Assembly (NCBI GenBank): GCA_951406725.2
Contig: OX597816.1
Location: 124,000,001 to 124,064,000, forward strand
DNA length: 64,000 nt
Direction of reading: 5' to 3'
Source of the DNA: Octopus vulgaris
Taxonomy: Eukaryota
The translations under genes and the position numbers were made by a program. Below the pieces are notes generated by a model. The model saw nothing but the letters and a program-made list of their open reading frames with translations, was not told the DNA's origin and made no database searches. Numbering within the stretch: position 1 is the stretch's first letter; each line of letters begins with the position of its first letter. Below are positions 11,780 through 25,717 of this stretch, in pieces.

Positions 11780-13190
11780 TAAACAAGGCTTAGACAAGGA
11801 TCAAACCATAGGTGGCATCCAATTCAAGAAGTATTGTTTCTTTTAATGTTTCTGGTGGAATAGGCAAAATGTTTTTAGTCAATCAAGTTTTTGCAAAAGT
11901 TTGTTCACTCAAACTGATTGCTATTGCGGTGGCCTCATCAGGAATTAAAACAACTTTGTTCACAGGGGAGTGCAATAGCTTATTCTTATTTTATGCTGCC
12001 ACTTAACCTAGCAGAAAATAACTTGTGGCATATGATGGTTGTTTTATGAGTGTACTGCCACACTTAATGCCACCAAATGTCAAGCAGGGTTATAACAAAA
12101 GTTTTCAATAGGTAAGGCTAATATTTATAAGGAGTTTGCCATTTTCAATGGGTGTACAGCACACACCTAGTACATCCGGAATATACACCCCTGTCAATAA
12201 CAGCTTGTTTTCAATACTATCAAAGAATCTGAACAGATAAAAGTTCAGAAGCAGGTTAAGCTGAAAATATAACATGAATGCACAATGTCTGAAAGACTTA
12301 CAACTAATATTACCAATTGCCTGTAAGGGATCTCAGAGGCAACATTAATATCATGGGTGGAGTCACAGTATGGCTCTTTGATGATTTCAGGCAATCTCAG
12401 CCAGTCATCTTAATGAATACACTTGCTGATGAATTAAGAGCATACTTCAAAGAAACCTGTCATTGGCAACTAGAGAGAAAACTTCATCTTTATGCTAACA
12501 TGAGATTTCACCTAATAGAGATGACCCAGCAGCCCAGTTTGTGATATTTTACTTCTGTTGATGGCAATTGTCAACTATCAGTTGATAATGAAAATAGGAA
12601 CATGCCAATACCCCAAAATTGTGGAAAAGTCATCTCATATCTTAAGAGATGTTACTGAGAGCTTATCTTAGTCTCTCATAGAATTACAGAAACTATAAAC
12701 AGCTTCATGAACATGAATCCCAACTCCTCAAAATGACATTATGCAGGATATTTATGCTACTATCAGTTAACAGGCACTAATCCAATCCAGATGGTATGAA
12801 CCAGTTCACACTAAAATTGGAAAATATGATGGTACCAGATAGTCAACAGTTTCCCAGTACCCTTCATTCCATTGGTGTTCTTCCTCAAAATCTACAACTA
12901 AACATACGAGCGCATATTATGTTGCTGTGAAAAGCCACTTTTATGACTGGTTGTGCCAACGAAGAGAATGTGTTCATTCCTAGAGTTTGGTTTTTAATGG
13001 TACTGTCTTTTTCTGTGACCATCAATAAATCTTATGGACAATCACTCAGCATTTCTAGATTTGAACAGATAAGTTTCTTTCATGATCGTCTCTATGTTGC
13101 ATATTCACATGTTGGGCCCAAGAGACATCCTTTCATCAGAATACCAAACTACAAAATATTAAAAAATGCTGTCTACTCCAGAGCTCTTGC
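11780..13190 (+). pseudogene. Helitron RepHel Pif1-like helicase relic
   Basis: Motifs occur in order: SGGIGKMFLVN..IAIAVASSGIKTTL (Walker A region), DLRGNINIMGGVTVWLFDDFRQSQPVI, TGCANEENVFIPR, FSVTINKSYGQSL, FFHDRLYVAYSHV; fragmented by stops and frameshifts. Confidence 0.9.
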
Positions 13191-13547
13191 TGAAAAATAT
13201 AAAAAAAAACAGAACATATTTCTTTTAAATTCACTTCTATTTTATGTGTTATATATCAATATAGAATTGCAAAAAAATATATAAAGTGAAACATAAAGAT
13301 AATGTTTGTTTTCTTAAGTAATAAACTTAAAGTTATCAATAAACAGTCTCAAAAAATACTCACATCATAGAAGTCTATCTTTAGATATGTATTTACATAA
13401 CAATAAAGCTATATAGAAATGTAATTATATACAAAATAAACAATGTAAAAACTGGCTATAAGTTACATAAGCTTAAAAATGTATCTCTGCTTGTAGTAAT
13501 GTATATATGTGAGTGTAAATACACACATATGTAATTTTTATATACAT

Positions 13548-13995
13548 AGGGTCAGTGTGGCTGTGTGGTAGGTAAGATGTTTACTTCCCAACCGCATGGT
13601 TCTCAGTTCAGTTCCACTGCATGCCACCTTGGGCAAGAGTCTTCTACTATAGCCTTGGGTTGATCAAATGCTTGTGAGTATATTTGGTAGATGGAAACTG
13701 AAAGAAGCATTTCATATATGTGCGTGTTTGTGAGTGTGTGTGTGTGCATTTGTGTGCACATACGCATGCTCACCTGTGCATGTGTGAGTGTTTGTGTGCA
13801 TGTGTGTGTGTGTCCTTGTTCCCTACAACTGCTTCACAGTTAGTGTCGGTGTGTTTCCCCCCCTCCATAACTTAGCAATTCAGCAAAAGAGATTAATAGA
13901 ATAAATACCAGGCTTAAAAAAGTAAGTACTCATTTGAGTAAAAATTCCCCAAGCATGGTCACAGTCTGGTGATTAAAATAAGAAAAAATAAAAGA
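13548..13995 (+). mobile_element. tRNA-derived ~400-bp SINE (family A) with internal microsatellite
   Basis: gtggctgtgtggta..ccaaccgcatggttctcagttcagttccactgc..ttgggcaagagtcttctactatagcc..cagcaaaagaga..aagcatggtcacagtc. Confidence 0.85.
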
Positions 13996-14007
13996 TATAC
14001 ATATACA

Positions 14008-14636
14008 GGTAGAGGATTGGCTGTGGTAAGTAGTTTGCTTACCAACCACATGGTTCTAGGTTCAGTCTCACTGCGTGGCATCTTGAGCAAGTGTCTTCCA
14101 CTATAGCTTCAAGCTGACTAACATCTTGTGAGTGGATTTGGTAGACAGAAACTGGAATAAGCCCATCGTATATATAACAAAGTAAGGTTGCAAGGTACTG
14201 CATGAGTGAAAATATATATGAAAGAAGGTTTGAAAATGCAAAGGTCTTTTAGAGATGTTTATTGACTTGACTGGTTTCACTGTTTTTGAAAAAGATTGTC
14301 AAAAGTAAAATGTAAAGGTTTGTATAAGCTTTGTTGTGTTAAAAGATGGTTATCACATAAGTATATATATATATACTAACACACAGACATGATTTTTATT
14401 GAACTCAAAATACTTATTGTATTACCTTTCTTGAACACTTTCATGTAAACTGTTTTTAGTATTTTTCTTATCATTATCAAAGATTGCATAACTGTATTTT
14501 AATACTTTTGTGATAACCATTTTTTAACACAACAAAGCTTATATAAAGCTTTACTTTTGATAATCTTTTTCTAGAAAGCGTGAAACAGGTCAAGTCAATA
14601 AACATCTCTAAAAGACCTTTGCATTTTCAAACCTTC

Positions 14637-14689
<53 letters not shown>

Positions 14690-14897
14690 GTACGTGTGTA
14701 TGTTTGTTTGCCCCCCACCACCATCACTTAACAACTGATGGTGGTGTGTTTACGTCCCTATAACCTAGAGGTTTGGTAAAAGAGATTGGTAGAATAAGTA
14801 CTAGGCTTGCAAAGAATAAGTCCTGGAGTTGATTTGCTTGACTAAAGGTGGCACTCCAGCATGGCTGCAGTCAAATGATTGAAACAAATAAAAGAAT
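14008..14897 (+). mobile_element. Family A SINE interrupted by a fold-back element
   Basis: 5' half 14008-14172 and 3' half 14690-14897 match family A. Confidence 0.85.
14176..14680. mobile_element. Non-coding fold-back element with decayed hammerhead-like motif, inserted in a SINE (TA)n tract
   Basis: ~150-bp inverted arms 14212-14363 and 14502-14648; actt-ttgataa..GAAA-cagg-TC-aagt at 14553-14595. Confidence 0.75.
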
Positions 14898-15924
14898 ATT
14901 TGTATACACACACATACACATATATATATGCATACATACATATATATATATGTGATGATGATGAAATGGAATGATGAAAAGTGGTTCCAAGGTATTGTGT
15001 CTTGCATATACAAAAAACAAAGACATTGGTCAGCAACATGCAACCCTGGAATAGGCCAGCAAGCATGGTAAAATGAGCAGCAAAAGCATAAAAGAATTAA
15101 AAACTAGCAGTAATGATGGAGACTGGGGGTTTCTATGTGTAGGTCGGTAGCTCATTAGTCCCAGCTAAGTCTACATCTGTTACCTCCTTTCTACCTCATA
15201 ATAACCTTTCAGCTTCTTTCATTCATACCCCTCTCTCTCTGTCTGTCTGATGTCTGTCTCCCTCTCTCTCTCTCTCACACACATTTTTTTCTTTCTCTCA
15301 TATCTACTGTGCTGCAAGTGTAACTAAGGTTGACACACCCTCCACCTCTACTAATCTTTCATCCCTTCACTATGCTTCTACCATCATACTCTGGCACACT
15401 TCCTACCAGTCACACTGTTTTCCTCATCATACTTTAAACCCTAAGGACACATGCCATCTCTTCCTTTGTCATCACTCTGCATACAATTCATCTTAACATT
15501 TGGCTTGAGTGAACTGGCAGATCATAAAGTAATGAAGACTTTGTTATCAAATACTTGTACCTCATAACACTCTGCAGTCTTAGAGAGTACAAAGCAACCT
15601 CACTAGTGCTGGTGCCATAATAACATGTACTGAGTATATCCTACAAAATGCTCAGCAATTGTGTGAAGATGATGTAGAATTGAAAGAATGCTTTAGTTTT
15701 GTCACAGACAAAATGCTGGTGCCTTGATAAATTGCATACTGTATACTCTGTAAAATGGTTGGTGATGGGAAGTGCATCCAGCCATAGAAAAGGAACCAAA
15801 ATAAGAAGTATGAGTGAGGGCACAAGTTCTGAATCGAAACTGGTTTTACTGTAATGTCCACCCAACCCAAACTGTCAATTAGATGCAAGCAACAAGGAAA
15901 ATAAGTATAATTCTATATATATTC

Positions 15925-16115
15925 TTTTCTACTCTAGGCACAAGGCCTGAAATTTTTTGGGAGGGGGTCAGTCGATTAGATTGAACACAGTATGCAACTG
16001 GTACTTAATTTATCAACCCCTAATGGATGAAAGGCAAAGTCGACCTTGGTGGAATTTCAACTCAGAATGTAAAGACAGACGAAATACCCCTAAGCATTTT
16101 GCCTAGCATGCTAAT
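15925..16115 (-). mobile_element. Meta-domain-like SINE
   Basis: actggtacttaatttatcaacccctaatggatgaaaggcaaagtcgaccttggtggaatttcaactcagaa. Confidence 0.85.
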
Positions 16116-16481
16116 CTAAGATCAAATGACAAATTTTTAATACTTGTGCCATGAAACTCCATACAGATGTAAATACAGAATGCTGTGGTGTTCCATTCAC
16201 ACTTAGTAAAATAAAGGAGATTGCCCTGATATGTTTCTAATACATGCTGTGTTCATAAATATTTATCAATTACTTAATCCCACCAAAGATGAATGTACAA
16301 TATCAAAATTAGTCAAGCATTTAAGTTCTGGCTTATGTCTGATTTAAATAGTGCTTTGCTATAAGTTCTCTTCCTGGACAAAAGTATGAGGGGGTACGTA
16401 TCTGCTGATGAGTAGTCAGCAAAATGTAAAACTGTTAGGAAAATCATCTATATATTGTTCAGTGTGCAGAGAGAGAATAAC

Positions 16482-16885
16482 AGGCTGAAAGTTGTAAGAA
16501 GCTTACTTCCCTGTCACATAGTTCTGGTTTCATTCCAACAGTGTGTCACCTTGGAAAGGGTCTTCTAATATAGCCTCAGATTGACCGAAGCCCTGTGAGT
16601 GGATTCAGTTGATGGAAGTTGAAAGAAGCTCATCATATATAAAAGTGTATGTGTGTGTGTGTGCCTTTGTATCTGTATTTGTCTCCTACTACCGCTTGGC
16701 AACCAGTGTTGGTGTGTTTACACTACCATAACTTAGTGGTTCAGCAAAAGAGATAGATAGAATGAGTACCAGGCTTTAAAAAAAATAAGTACCAAGGTCA
16801 ATTCATTTGACTAGAAATTTTTCAAGTTAGTGCCCCAGCATGGCTATAATCTAATATCTGAAAGAAGTAACCAATAAAAGATATG
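16482..16885 (+). mobile_element. Family A SINE, diverged
   Basis: Colinear with the 62978-63404 copy. Confidence 0.8.
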
Positions 16886-17379
16886 AAATTGAAATCCAAG
16901 ACCTATGGATAGGGCGTAACTTCATAGTTGTTATTTCCTACAAATGAAGCATTTACATGGTTTGATTTGTAAGAAATAGCAACCAGATTTCATTTAAATC
17001 ATAGTCCACCATCTTAGGGATGTTAGAAAAATGAAACATTAGATAATGAAGTTCTGGATTCCTGTTTAAAGAATAAAAGATGGTCTGGCTATGTATGAAG
17101 TACTTTTAATCATCATGGGTCTGTTCTATCAGAGTTGAAGAGAGACTAAGCAACAACAACAACAAACGCAACAACAACAACAAAAGCAGCAGCAACAATA
17201 ACAACAACAATAACAACAACAATAACAATATGCACACATGTATTAAGACTCTCTTATCACTAATGAATGCGTTATTGGATTTACTTGTATCTCATACATA
17301 GCAGAAATGATATGTTAATTTCCCTCTAGACATTCTTGCAGCTTGAGTTAAAAACAGTTTTTATTTCATATATAATATC

Positions 17380-17479
17380 AAGAAAACATCATGAAATATA
17401 TGTATATATCTATATATATAACTATATGAATTTGTGTGATTGTGTATGTATATGTGTGTGTATAATATATACATGCATG

Positions 17480-17510
<31 letters not shown>

Positions 17511-17590
17511 GAAAATGTGTGATTGTGTACGTGTGTTTATAATATATGCATGCATATATATATGTATATATATATATATATATACACATA

Positions 17591-17621
<31 letters not shown>

Positions 17622-17830
17622 GAACGAATATGTGTGATTGTGTATGTGTGTTTATAATATATGCATGTATGTATATATATATATATATATATATTATACA
17701 TACACATATACATGCATATATATTACATACAAACATGCATACAAACACACAACACATACACATAGGCATGCACACACACACAGAGACACACACACACACA
17801 CATACATACATACATACATACATACATACA
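17380..17830. repeat. Compound (TA)n/(CA)n/(CATA)n microsatellite with a triplicated sub-unit
   Basis: tgtgtgattgtgta..tataatatat recurs at ~17433, 17517 and 17632. Confidence 0.85.
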
Positions 17831-19082
17831 GATATCTGAATATTGATACAGATACATTGATATATGTCATAGCATATAATCAAGCTGTAGTAGACTAACA
17901 AAACAGTAACATTTACTGAGAGTAAAATGAACTATTATGTTTGAATATCCTTGCATTCCAAAATGTATTTTGCTGTTAAACTAATTGCATTCATTTTACC
18001 ACTATAATTATGCAATTCTATATTTTATTGTTCCTCATCAGTAAGTTTTCACTTACAAACTAAAAGGATGGTAGAGTATGCAGATGTTAACAATAAGATA
18101 TTGTAAATTAATCATTTTGATATCAAGTCACCCGAGACCACCTTTGGTTATATGATACAGAAGCCACTCATTTTAAAGTGTTCATATTTAAATTAAAACC
18201 TCCCTTTGCAGTTTTATGTTGGTGCCTTTAATTATGTTGTGGTCCTGACTACAGCTTAATAAATGTTTGTTATGTTTTCTTAATTTCATCACATTTTTGA
18301 TTACTATTAAAATAAAGTGAAAATTATAAGCCTGTTGTGTTTGTATACATATATAATTACAAACATAAATGCATACATACATACATGTGTGTGTGTGTGT
18401 GTGTGTAGACATATATGTATATATAGGCTGCATAGTTATGAAGTTTACTTGTTGTTTCAGGTTCAATCCACAGCATGGCACTTTGGACAAGTGTCTTCCA
18501 TGCCTAGAATTTCCTCTCTGATTCCACTTTGAGATCATCCACATAAAAGATTTTTTTTTTATGGAGAGCCAATCTTAAATTCTTGAACCACCCATTGTGA
18601 TTGCCAGCAGGTCTAAATGAATTGTTGAGAGCTGAGCATTGAACCTTGATGGACACCTACTATCACACCACATTTATTTACACTTTACTAATTGCTTCTT
18701 TTTACATAGTTTGCACAGCTATTCGTCTAAAACTAGTTTCTTAGTAACCTTTAAAGTGCTGAACATGGTATCCTAGTCAAGGTTGGCCTGAAGCCAATAA
18801 ATGTCAGGATAGTGGTTCATTCTTAACTAAGTTTTTCTTCTGCATTTGTCACACTGAGAAGTTTACCTCTCAAGTACCACTGCTAGACATGAAGTGAAGC
18901 TGCATCCCATTTGGATTTACTCTGTTATGGATCAATAGTCTCTTGATTCTCTCAGCCCATGACTTTCATAACCTGATTTAACAGTTCAATGCCTTTATAA
19001 TTTTCCCTCTCTCAAATGAATTTTATCTGATCTTGTAACAGTCTGCAATGATGCTATTACACTAATTATTGGATAACAATAT

Positions 19083-19568
19083 GGCCGTTGCCAGCGCTGC
19101 CTGGCCGTTGCCAGCGCCACCTGGCCGTTGCCAGCGCCACCTGGCCGTTGCCAGCGCCGCCTCGACTGGCTTCTGTGTCGGTGGCACATAAAAAGCACCA
19201 TCCGAACGTGGCCGATGCCAGCGCCACCTCGACTGGCTTCTGTGCCGGTGGCACATAAAAAGCACCATCCGAACATGGCCGATGCCAGCGCCGCCTAGGC
19301 TGGCTTCCGTGCCGGTGGCATGTTAAAAGCACCAACCGATCATGGCCGATGCCAGACTCCCCTGGAACCTGTGCCGGTGGCACGTAAAAAGCACCCACTA
19401 CACTCGCGGAGCGGTTGGCGTTAGGAAGGGCATCCAGCTGTAGAAACACTGCCAGATCAGATCGGAGCCTGGTGCAGCCCCTGGCTTCCCAGACCCCGGT
19501 CGAACTGTCCAACCCATGCTAGCGTGGAAAATGGACGTTTATCGATGATGATGATGATGATGATGATG
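19083..19568 (+). mobile_element. Young 5'-truncated SINE with RTE-type 3' end, internal tandem repeats and 15-bp TSD
   Basis: TSD attggataacaatat at 19068-19082 and 19569-19583; (GAT)n tail; CpG-rich. Confidence 0.92.
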
Positions 19569-19699
19569 ATTGGATAACAATATATTTTCCTGTATTACTT
19601 GATTATTTATCTGGGTGATTATCATATAACCTACCTCAGATATTTTGAGCTCTTCCTACCTTCATGTCTCTAATTGTGTTATCTACCACATTGCTGTTA

Positions 19700-20550
19700 A
19701 CTTGAATTGTCAGTTCCTCAATGAGGTCAAAACGAGGCTATGCCCTCTTTATTCTATGCATTCTCCTCTTTCAGTAACTTCCTCATAATAGCACTTCCTT
19801 GCCTACTTTTTGTCATCTATTTCAGCAGCATAAACTTCAGTAAGATATTTTATCATCAACCTTGTACCATTACTCAGACTCAAATTCAGAGCATCCCAAT
19901 TTCTTTTAGAAGAATAACTTAGGACCATTTCTTCAGTATGAGGCTGTTGTGGAATTTAGTAGAGTAGCTTACAGTTTGTGCAGAATTTAAAACTATGTCT
20001 ATAGACTTGTTGACATATTCATCTTCATGTAGCTGTTGAAAAATTAGCTCATTCATCACTTTAAAAGCGTTATTCCTTTAGGGAAGTATTGGATATTTAC
20101 TGAGATATTTGTGCAGCTGTGATAGTCATATTCAACATTGGGAATGATTATTATTTTTTATCTCAATTCTTAATTTGCCAATTCACTAATCTCAGTCATA
20201 GATATGTTTCTACTTTGATCAGGTACAAGAATTCCTTCTTCATGTTCCAAATGTCTTGTAGCAAAATCGGTTGAATGTCGATCTTCATTAAAGTAAGCTC
20301 TCATATATGTTTCCAGGTCAAGTTTCTTAAGATGCCTCCTTAAATTCAACAATTTAAAGCAGTACTGATTTTGATCAGCTCAAGTTCCTGTGGAAACTAC
20401 AAGAAGTTTTTGATGAAACTCTCTTGGTAAGATTATGATTAATCTGTTGAAATGAAAATTTGTTCCCCTGATATTCCTGATAATCCAGTACAAAACCTCA
20501 AAAGTAACTTTATGGGACATTGTACGCTTATCACATATTGCTATTTAACA
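19700..20550 (-). mobile_element. Possible ancient hAT transposase relic
   Basis: NLRRHLKK (BED-finger-like) in ORF 20170-20352 and NISVNIQYF downstream; otherwise highly decayed. Confidence 0.35.
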
Positions 20551-20661
20551 CGCTTTTAGCACATGCACACACAGATACAGTTATACTGTATGTCTTGTAT
20601 CAATATAACATTTTGATCTTTCTCATACACACATATATACACACACTCACACGGAACCATA

Positions 20662-20697
<36 letters not shown>

Positions 20698-21484
20698 TTT
20701 ATGTGAAGTTAGATCAATAAAGTAAAAAAAATTTGTTTGATGTCTGGGGGCTCATTTTCTATCTCACTAGTTCTCTCACTCCCTCTCGCTCTTTTTTTCC
20801 TTCTCCCCTCACACCCTTTCTTGCTTTGCCAATCTATCTATATTATTATATGCATTTGTCTCACACAGTCTGTCCCAATCTCTGATGTCAGCAATAATTA
20901 AATCAGTCTCGAGTGGTTCTCAAATCACCACACACACACACACACACACAATTCTAAATTATGTAATAGATATAAATGTAAATAGAAAAACCTTACAGAA
21001 TAGTGTATTTTCTTAAATATATTTTGTAAAGGTCTAATTGTAAATGATTTTATTTACCTACCATTTGCTGAAGTTATGTAGTCCCTGATAAAACTGAGTG
21101 AACAGACTTATCATCAAATGCATTATAACTATAACCATCTTGTATTTTGGAGTTAGAGAAATCTAGAACAACATTATCTAATGAGTCCTTTCCTTATTCA
21201 AGTGAGTAGAGCATGATTTAAGGGTGATTTGTCTACTATTTTCAGTGTTTCGGAAACATCAATCAGCTTGATAAATTAAATGTGAGAGCATTTTTGATAT
21301 GTGGTATTAGACATTTTGAAATGTTATGCTTAAAATTTATCTTAAAATTCATAATCAATTCAGTACAAATTTACCAAGGCTTCTACTGCAATGCCAAGCC
21401 ATCCTTATTCAGTATAGGTGGCAGATTAAGTCTTCAATAACAAGTCCAGAGAATGAATTTATATATATAAATATATAAATATAT

Positions 21485-21630
21485 ATACATACATACATCT
21501 GTATGTATGTATGTATGTATGTATGCATGTATGCATGTATGTATGTATGTATGTATGTATGTATGTATGTATGTATGTATGTATGTGTGCGTATGTATGT
21601 ATGTGAGTGTGCATGTATGTGTGTGTTTAT
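21485..21630. repeat. (TATG)n microsatellite
   Basis: Direct reading. Confidence 0.95.
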
Positions 21631-21844
21631 ATATAATTAAATTACTTGTAAGGATTCCTTAAGAATCATGTCACATCAATATGTGAGACGCCAGGAAACG
21701 GGTAGGTACAAACACATAGAGCTCATCGAAGATAAAATACCTTTGTAGAATTCAAGTGCTTGCAGAATACTGTACTAAATACAATTTGTAACCATTGATC
21801 TGACTCACGAGTGAATCCTTGGTGTGGCATAGGTTGTGTTTACC

Positions 21845-21890
<46 letters not shown>

Positions 21891-23940
21891 ATTCTTATAA
21901 AGAATATTATTGGCAGTGACTTCAAAGGTGTAAAATATAGATGGTAAATGATGATGAGGGTGAAAATAATTATGATGCACAGACACAGACACACATACAC
22001 ATGCATGCATACATACATACATACACACATGCATATCCACATTTTTTATAAATATTAGAAAACCATTAGCTGTGGTAAGAAATGGCAAGAGTGTATGCAC
22101 ATTCCTTTTATGTTTCATTGTGTGGAAAATATAGGTGTGAGATGCCAGATAGAGAGTTTCACTGTTGATTTACTGCTTCTCAGAGAAAACAAATATATCC
22201 TTTCCAAATCAAAGCATAGAATATTCATCTATAAAGCAATCATAGGTTAGGCTAATGCTGTAATGGATAGTTTAGTTTGCAAATTTGTACTTTAGATGTC
22301 TCATCATCTGTTAAACAATGAATGCATCCCTCCATATGTATGTACGTACATATGTATGACCATACATTCATAGATACATAGATAGATAGATACATACATA
22401 CATACATACAGATCAATGCCATCACTGGAACTGTGAAAATCTGTAAAACTTTCCAGAAGTTTATCACTTAAGTATATATGGGCATGTCTAGACATGCAAA
22501 TATATGCAAGAAAATACATACATAAAACAAAACAAACAAATCTGCACATATATATACATACATATATACATTCAAATATACCCTATTGATGTTGTTAAAA
22601 TTCCAATGCAGGAGCCTTGGATCTAGGTTAGAAACCCACTATTTCTTTATTGGCAAGAAATCTTTATAAGACCTGATCTCAGATTCTTGTGAAGGCTTGA
22701 ACAATTCACGTGACTCAAAATCAGTCTTCTAATTTAGTTCTATTACCAAATGCAAACAAGAATAAACCTTCAACCTCATAAAATTTCTGTGGCTCACAGT
22801 GATATTTACAAAGATTTATTTTAGTTATGCGGTTATTTGTATAAATCTGTGTATGTACATGTTTCACTATGTATGTGCAAGTGTGCATGCGCTTTTGCAT
22901 AGATATGTATATGCTTCCAAAACATTTCCATCATTCATTCAGCTTTTAAGGTTGCGTTGAAGAAGTAAATGCTTAAGTTTCCTATAAATGTTCATTCTTC
23001 TAAAATGCTTATGACAGACTTGAACTTATGACCATCAGGTCAGAAGCCTAACATGTTAATTATTCGATCACTAACCTTTTCTCTCTGTCGCTCTCTATTT
23101 TTCTCTGTTTATCTCTTTATCTATGTATGAATACCTCTAAACATATCTATCTATCTATATATATATATATATATATATGTATGAATGTATGTATATGTAT
23201 ATATATATATATATATATACAAATAGATATATATAAATGGAAAAAATATACGCACACATACACACACACATATATATATCTTTATATATATGATGAATGT
23301 GTATATATATATATACACATTCATCAATATGTACATACATATATACATATATATCCCTATCTAAGAAATATTTCTTCCCCATGTCTGCAGAATTAAGAGT
23401 AAGCAATAGGGCTCCGAAAGTCAAGCAGAGGCAAATAAAAATACATCTCACAAAGTAAATATATTTGTAAATACATACAAACATACACATACACACACAC
23501 ATAACATAACAAACTAACACACACACATACACACACACATATATATAGACACATGTACACATACATGAATAACATATATGCATCTATGAATCAATAAATA
23601 AAGCAAAAAATCCAAGTCTCTTGTTCCATATCAGGGTCATACAAAGGGAACTTCCCTTTAAAACCCCAGCTTCAATCATCTGACTCTGAATCACAAAGTA
23701 TCTTAAAATCTATGAACAAGACTGGTTGGCTCTATATTTGAACTGATCATAGCAGGGTGGTGATTGTTCTAGATGGGAAGTCAGCTTACATATCTAACAG
23801 CATGAAGTGGAGATGTTGCAATGGTAGTGTTGGTGTTGGTGTTGGTGTTGGTGCTGATGTTCTTGTTGGTGGTAGTGGTGGAGGTGATGGTGAAAGTGGT
23901 GGCCTGGAATAATGAATGTAACTAAAAATGGATGATGTTC

Positions 23941-23973
<33 letters not shown>

Positions 23974-24519
23974 GTGATGGCGATGAGGAGGATGACGATG
24001 GTTATGATAAGGATGATGAAATTTATATAAGGAAATATAAGTGTATGCATAGTGATAGCAGTTTTATATGCACATATAAGTGTAAATGCATGTGATGTTA
24101 TGAGTAAGGTTACTCTTAAGGCTATGTGTTTGAGTGCATAAATATACATATTTATATATACACATATACATACACCACCACATATATATTTATATATATA
24201 TATATATACACACACATACATATGTATATAATGTGTATATGTATGTATGTATATATATATGTAAAAATACAACCTTTATAATTCATACATACATGCACAC
24301 ACACACACATACACATACATACTGGAACATTCACACACATACAAGCACACATACATACACCTATGCTTGAATATATACATATACACATATTACATATATA
24401 TTTTACAGATTTCACTTCAACATTTGTGCATATAAAACTCACACAGGCATACTTAGATACATAGACATATGCATATATATAGAAACATATGTGTGTGTAG
24501 ATATACATATATATTTATA

Positions 24520-24521
24520 TA

Positions 24522-24584
<63 letters not shown>

Positions 24585-24737
24585 GTATATATATGTAAAT
24601 ATATATATGTATGTATATATATGTATATATATGTAAATATATATATATGTATATATATGTAAATATATATATATGTATATATATGTAAATATATATATAT
24701 GTATATATATGTAAATATATATATATGTATATATATG

Positions 24738-24788
<51 letters not shown>

Positions 24789-25000
24789 GTATATATATGT
24801 AAATATATATATATGTATATATATGTAAATATATATATATGTATATATATGTAAATATATATATATGTATATATATGTAAATATATATATATGTATATAT
24901 ATGTAAATATATATATATGTATATATATGTAAATATATATATATATATGTATACATATATATATATATGTATAAATATATATATATATATATATGCATGT
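24520..25000. repeat. (TA)n tract with a 26-bp higher-order unit
   Basis: Unit gtaaatatatatatatgtatatatat; gtaaat recurs at 24633, 24659, 24685 and 24711. Confidence 0.9.
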
Positions 25001-25252
25001 GTATATATAGACACACGCACACGCAATACTTGTGTGTGTGTGTATGTATGTGTGTCTATTTATGCATGTGTATTTATGTTTAGAACAAAAAGGGGAAGAG
25101 AAAGAGAAGCAAGTAGATAAATAAACAGATGTAGATATATGCATAGCTACAAACATTCAAAACCTGATACATGCAGACTTTTGTAAAGATACACACAGAT
25201 ACACAGATAAGCAGATATAATGAACAAAAGACCAACAACCTATATATATATC

Positions 25253-25285
<33 letters not shown>

Positions 25286-25428
25286 GTGTGTATGTGTGTG
25301 CATCTATATATGAAAATATATATATATAAAAATACATATACACACACATATATATGTGTATATATATATATGTATATATACATATATACATATACACATA
25401 TATACACACACACACATATATATATATT

Positions 25429-25459
<31 letters not shown>

Positions 25460-25480
25460 TTAAATATATATACATATATT

Positions 25481-25521
<41 letters not shown>

Positions 25522-25546
25522 AAATATATATATATATAAATATATT

Positions 25547-25585
<39 letters not shown>

Positions 25586-25717
25586 ATACAGAAATGTAAT
25601 GAAATGCATGAATACAGAAAGCAAGAAGGAACATTATCTTTAATGTAAGGCTTGGCTTGTTGTTACAAGTGAAGGGATGCTATCACTTGAAACCAATGTT
25701 GCAGAGAAAAAACATCT

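Noticed and set aside
11812-13284. Host PIF1 helicase gene
   Set aside because: Motif style is Helitron-like and the frame is broken without splice signals
16395-16445. CTGATGA hammerhead candidate
   Set aside because: No GAAA in register and no convincing stems I or II
19081-19400. CRISPR-like regularly spaced GC-rich repeats
   Set aside because: Units are contiguous with no unique spacers, lie inside a TSD-flanked SINE, and there are no cas genes in this eukaryotic context
22705-22718. E-box tcacgtga
   Set aside because: A single 8-mer with no supporting context is compatible with chance in 64 kb
24439-25648. Long ORFs (up to 213 aa) rich in YI/HT/CV
   Set aside because: Translations of (TA)n/(CA)n microsatellites; the same applies to ORFs near 4.4, 17.5, 23.2, 35.5-38.5, 47-48 and 52 kb
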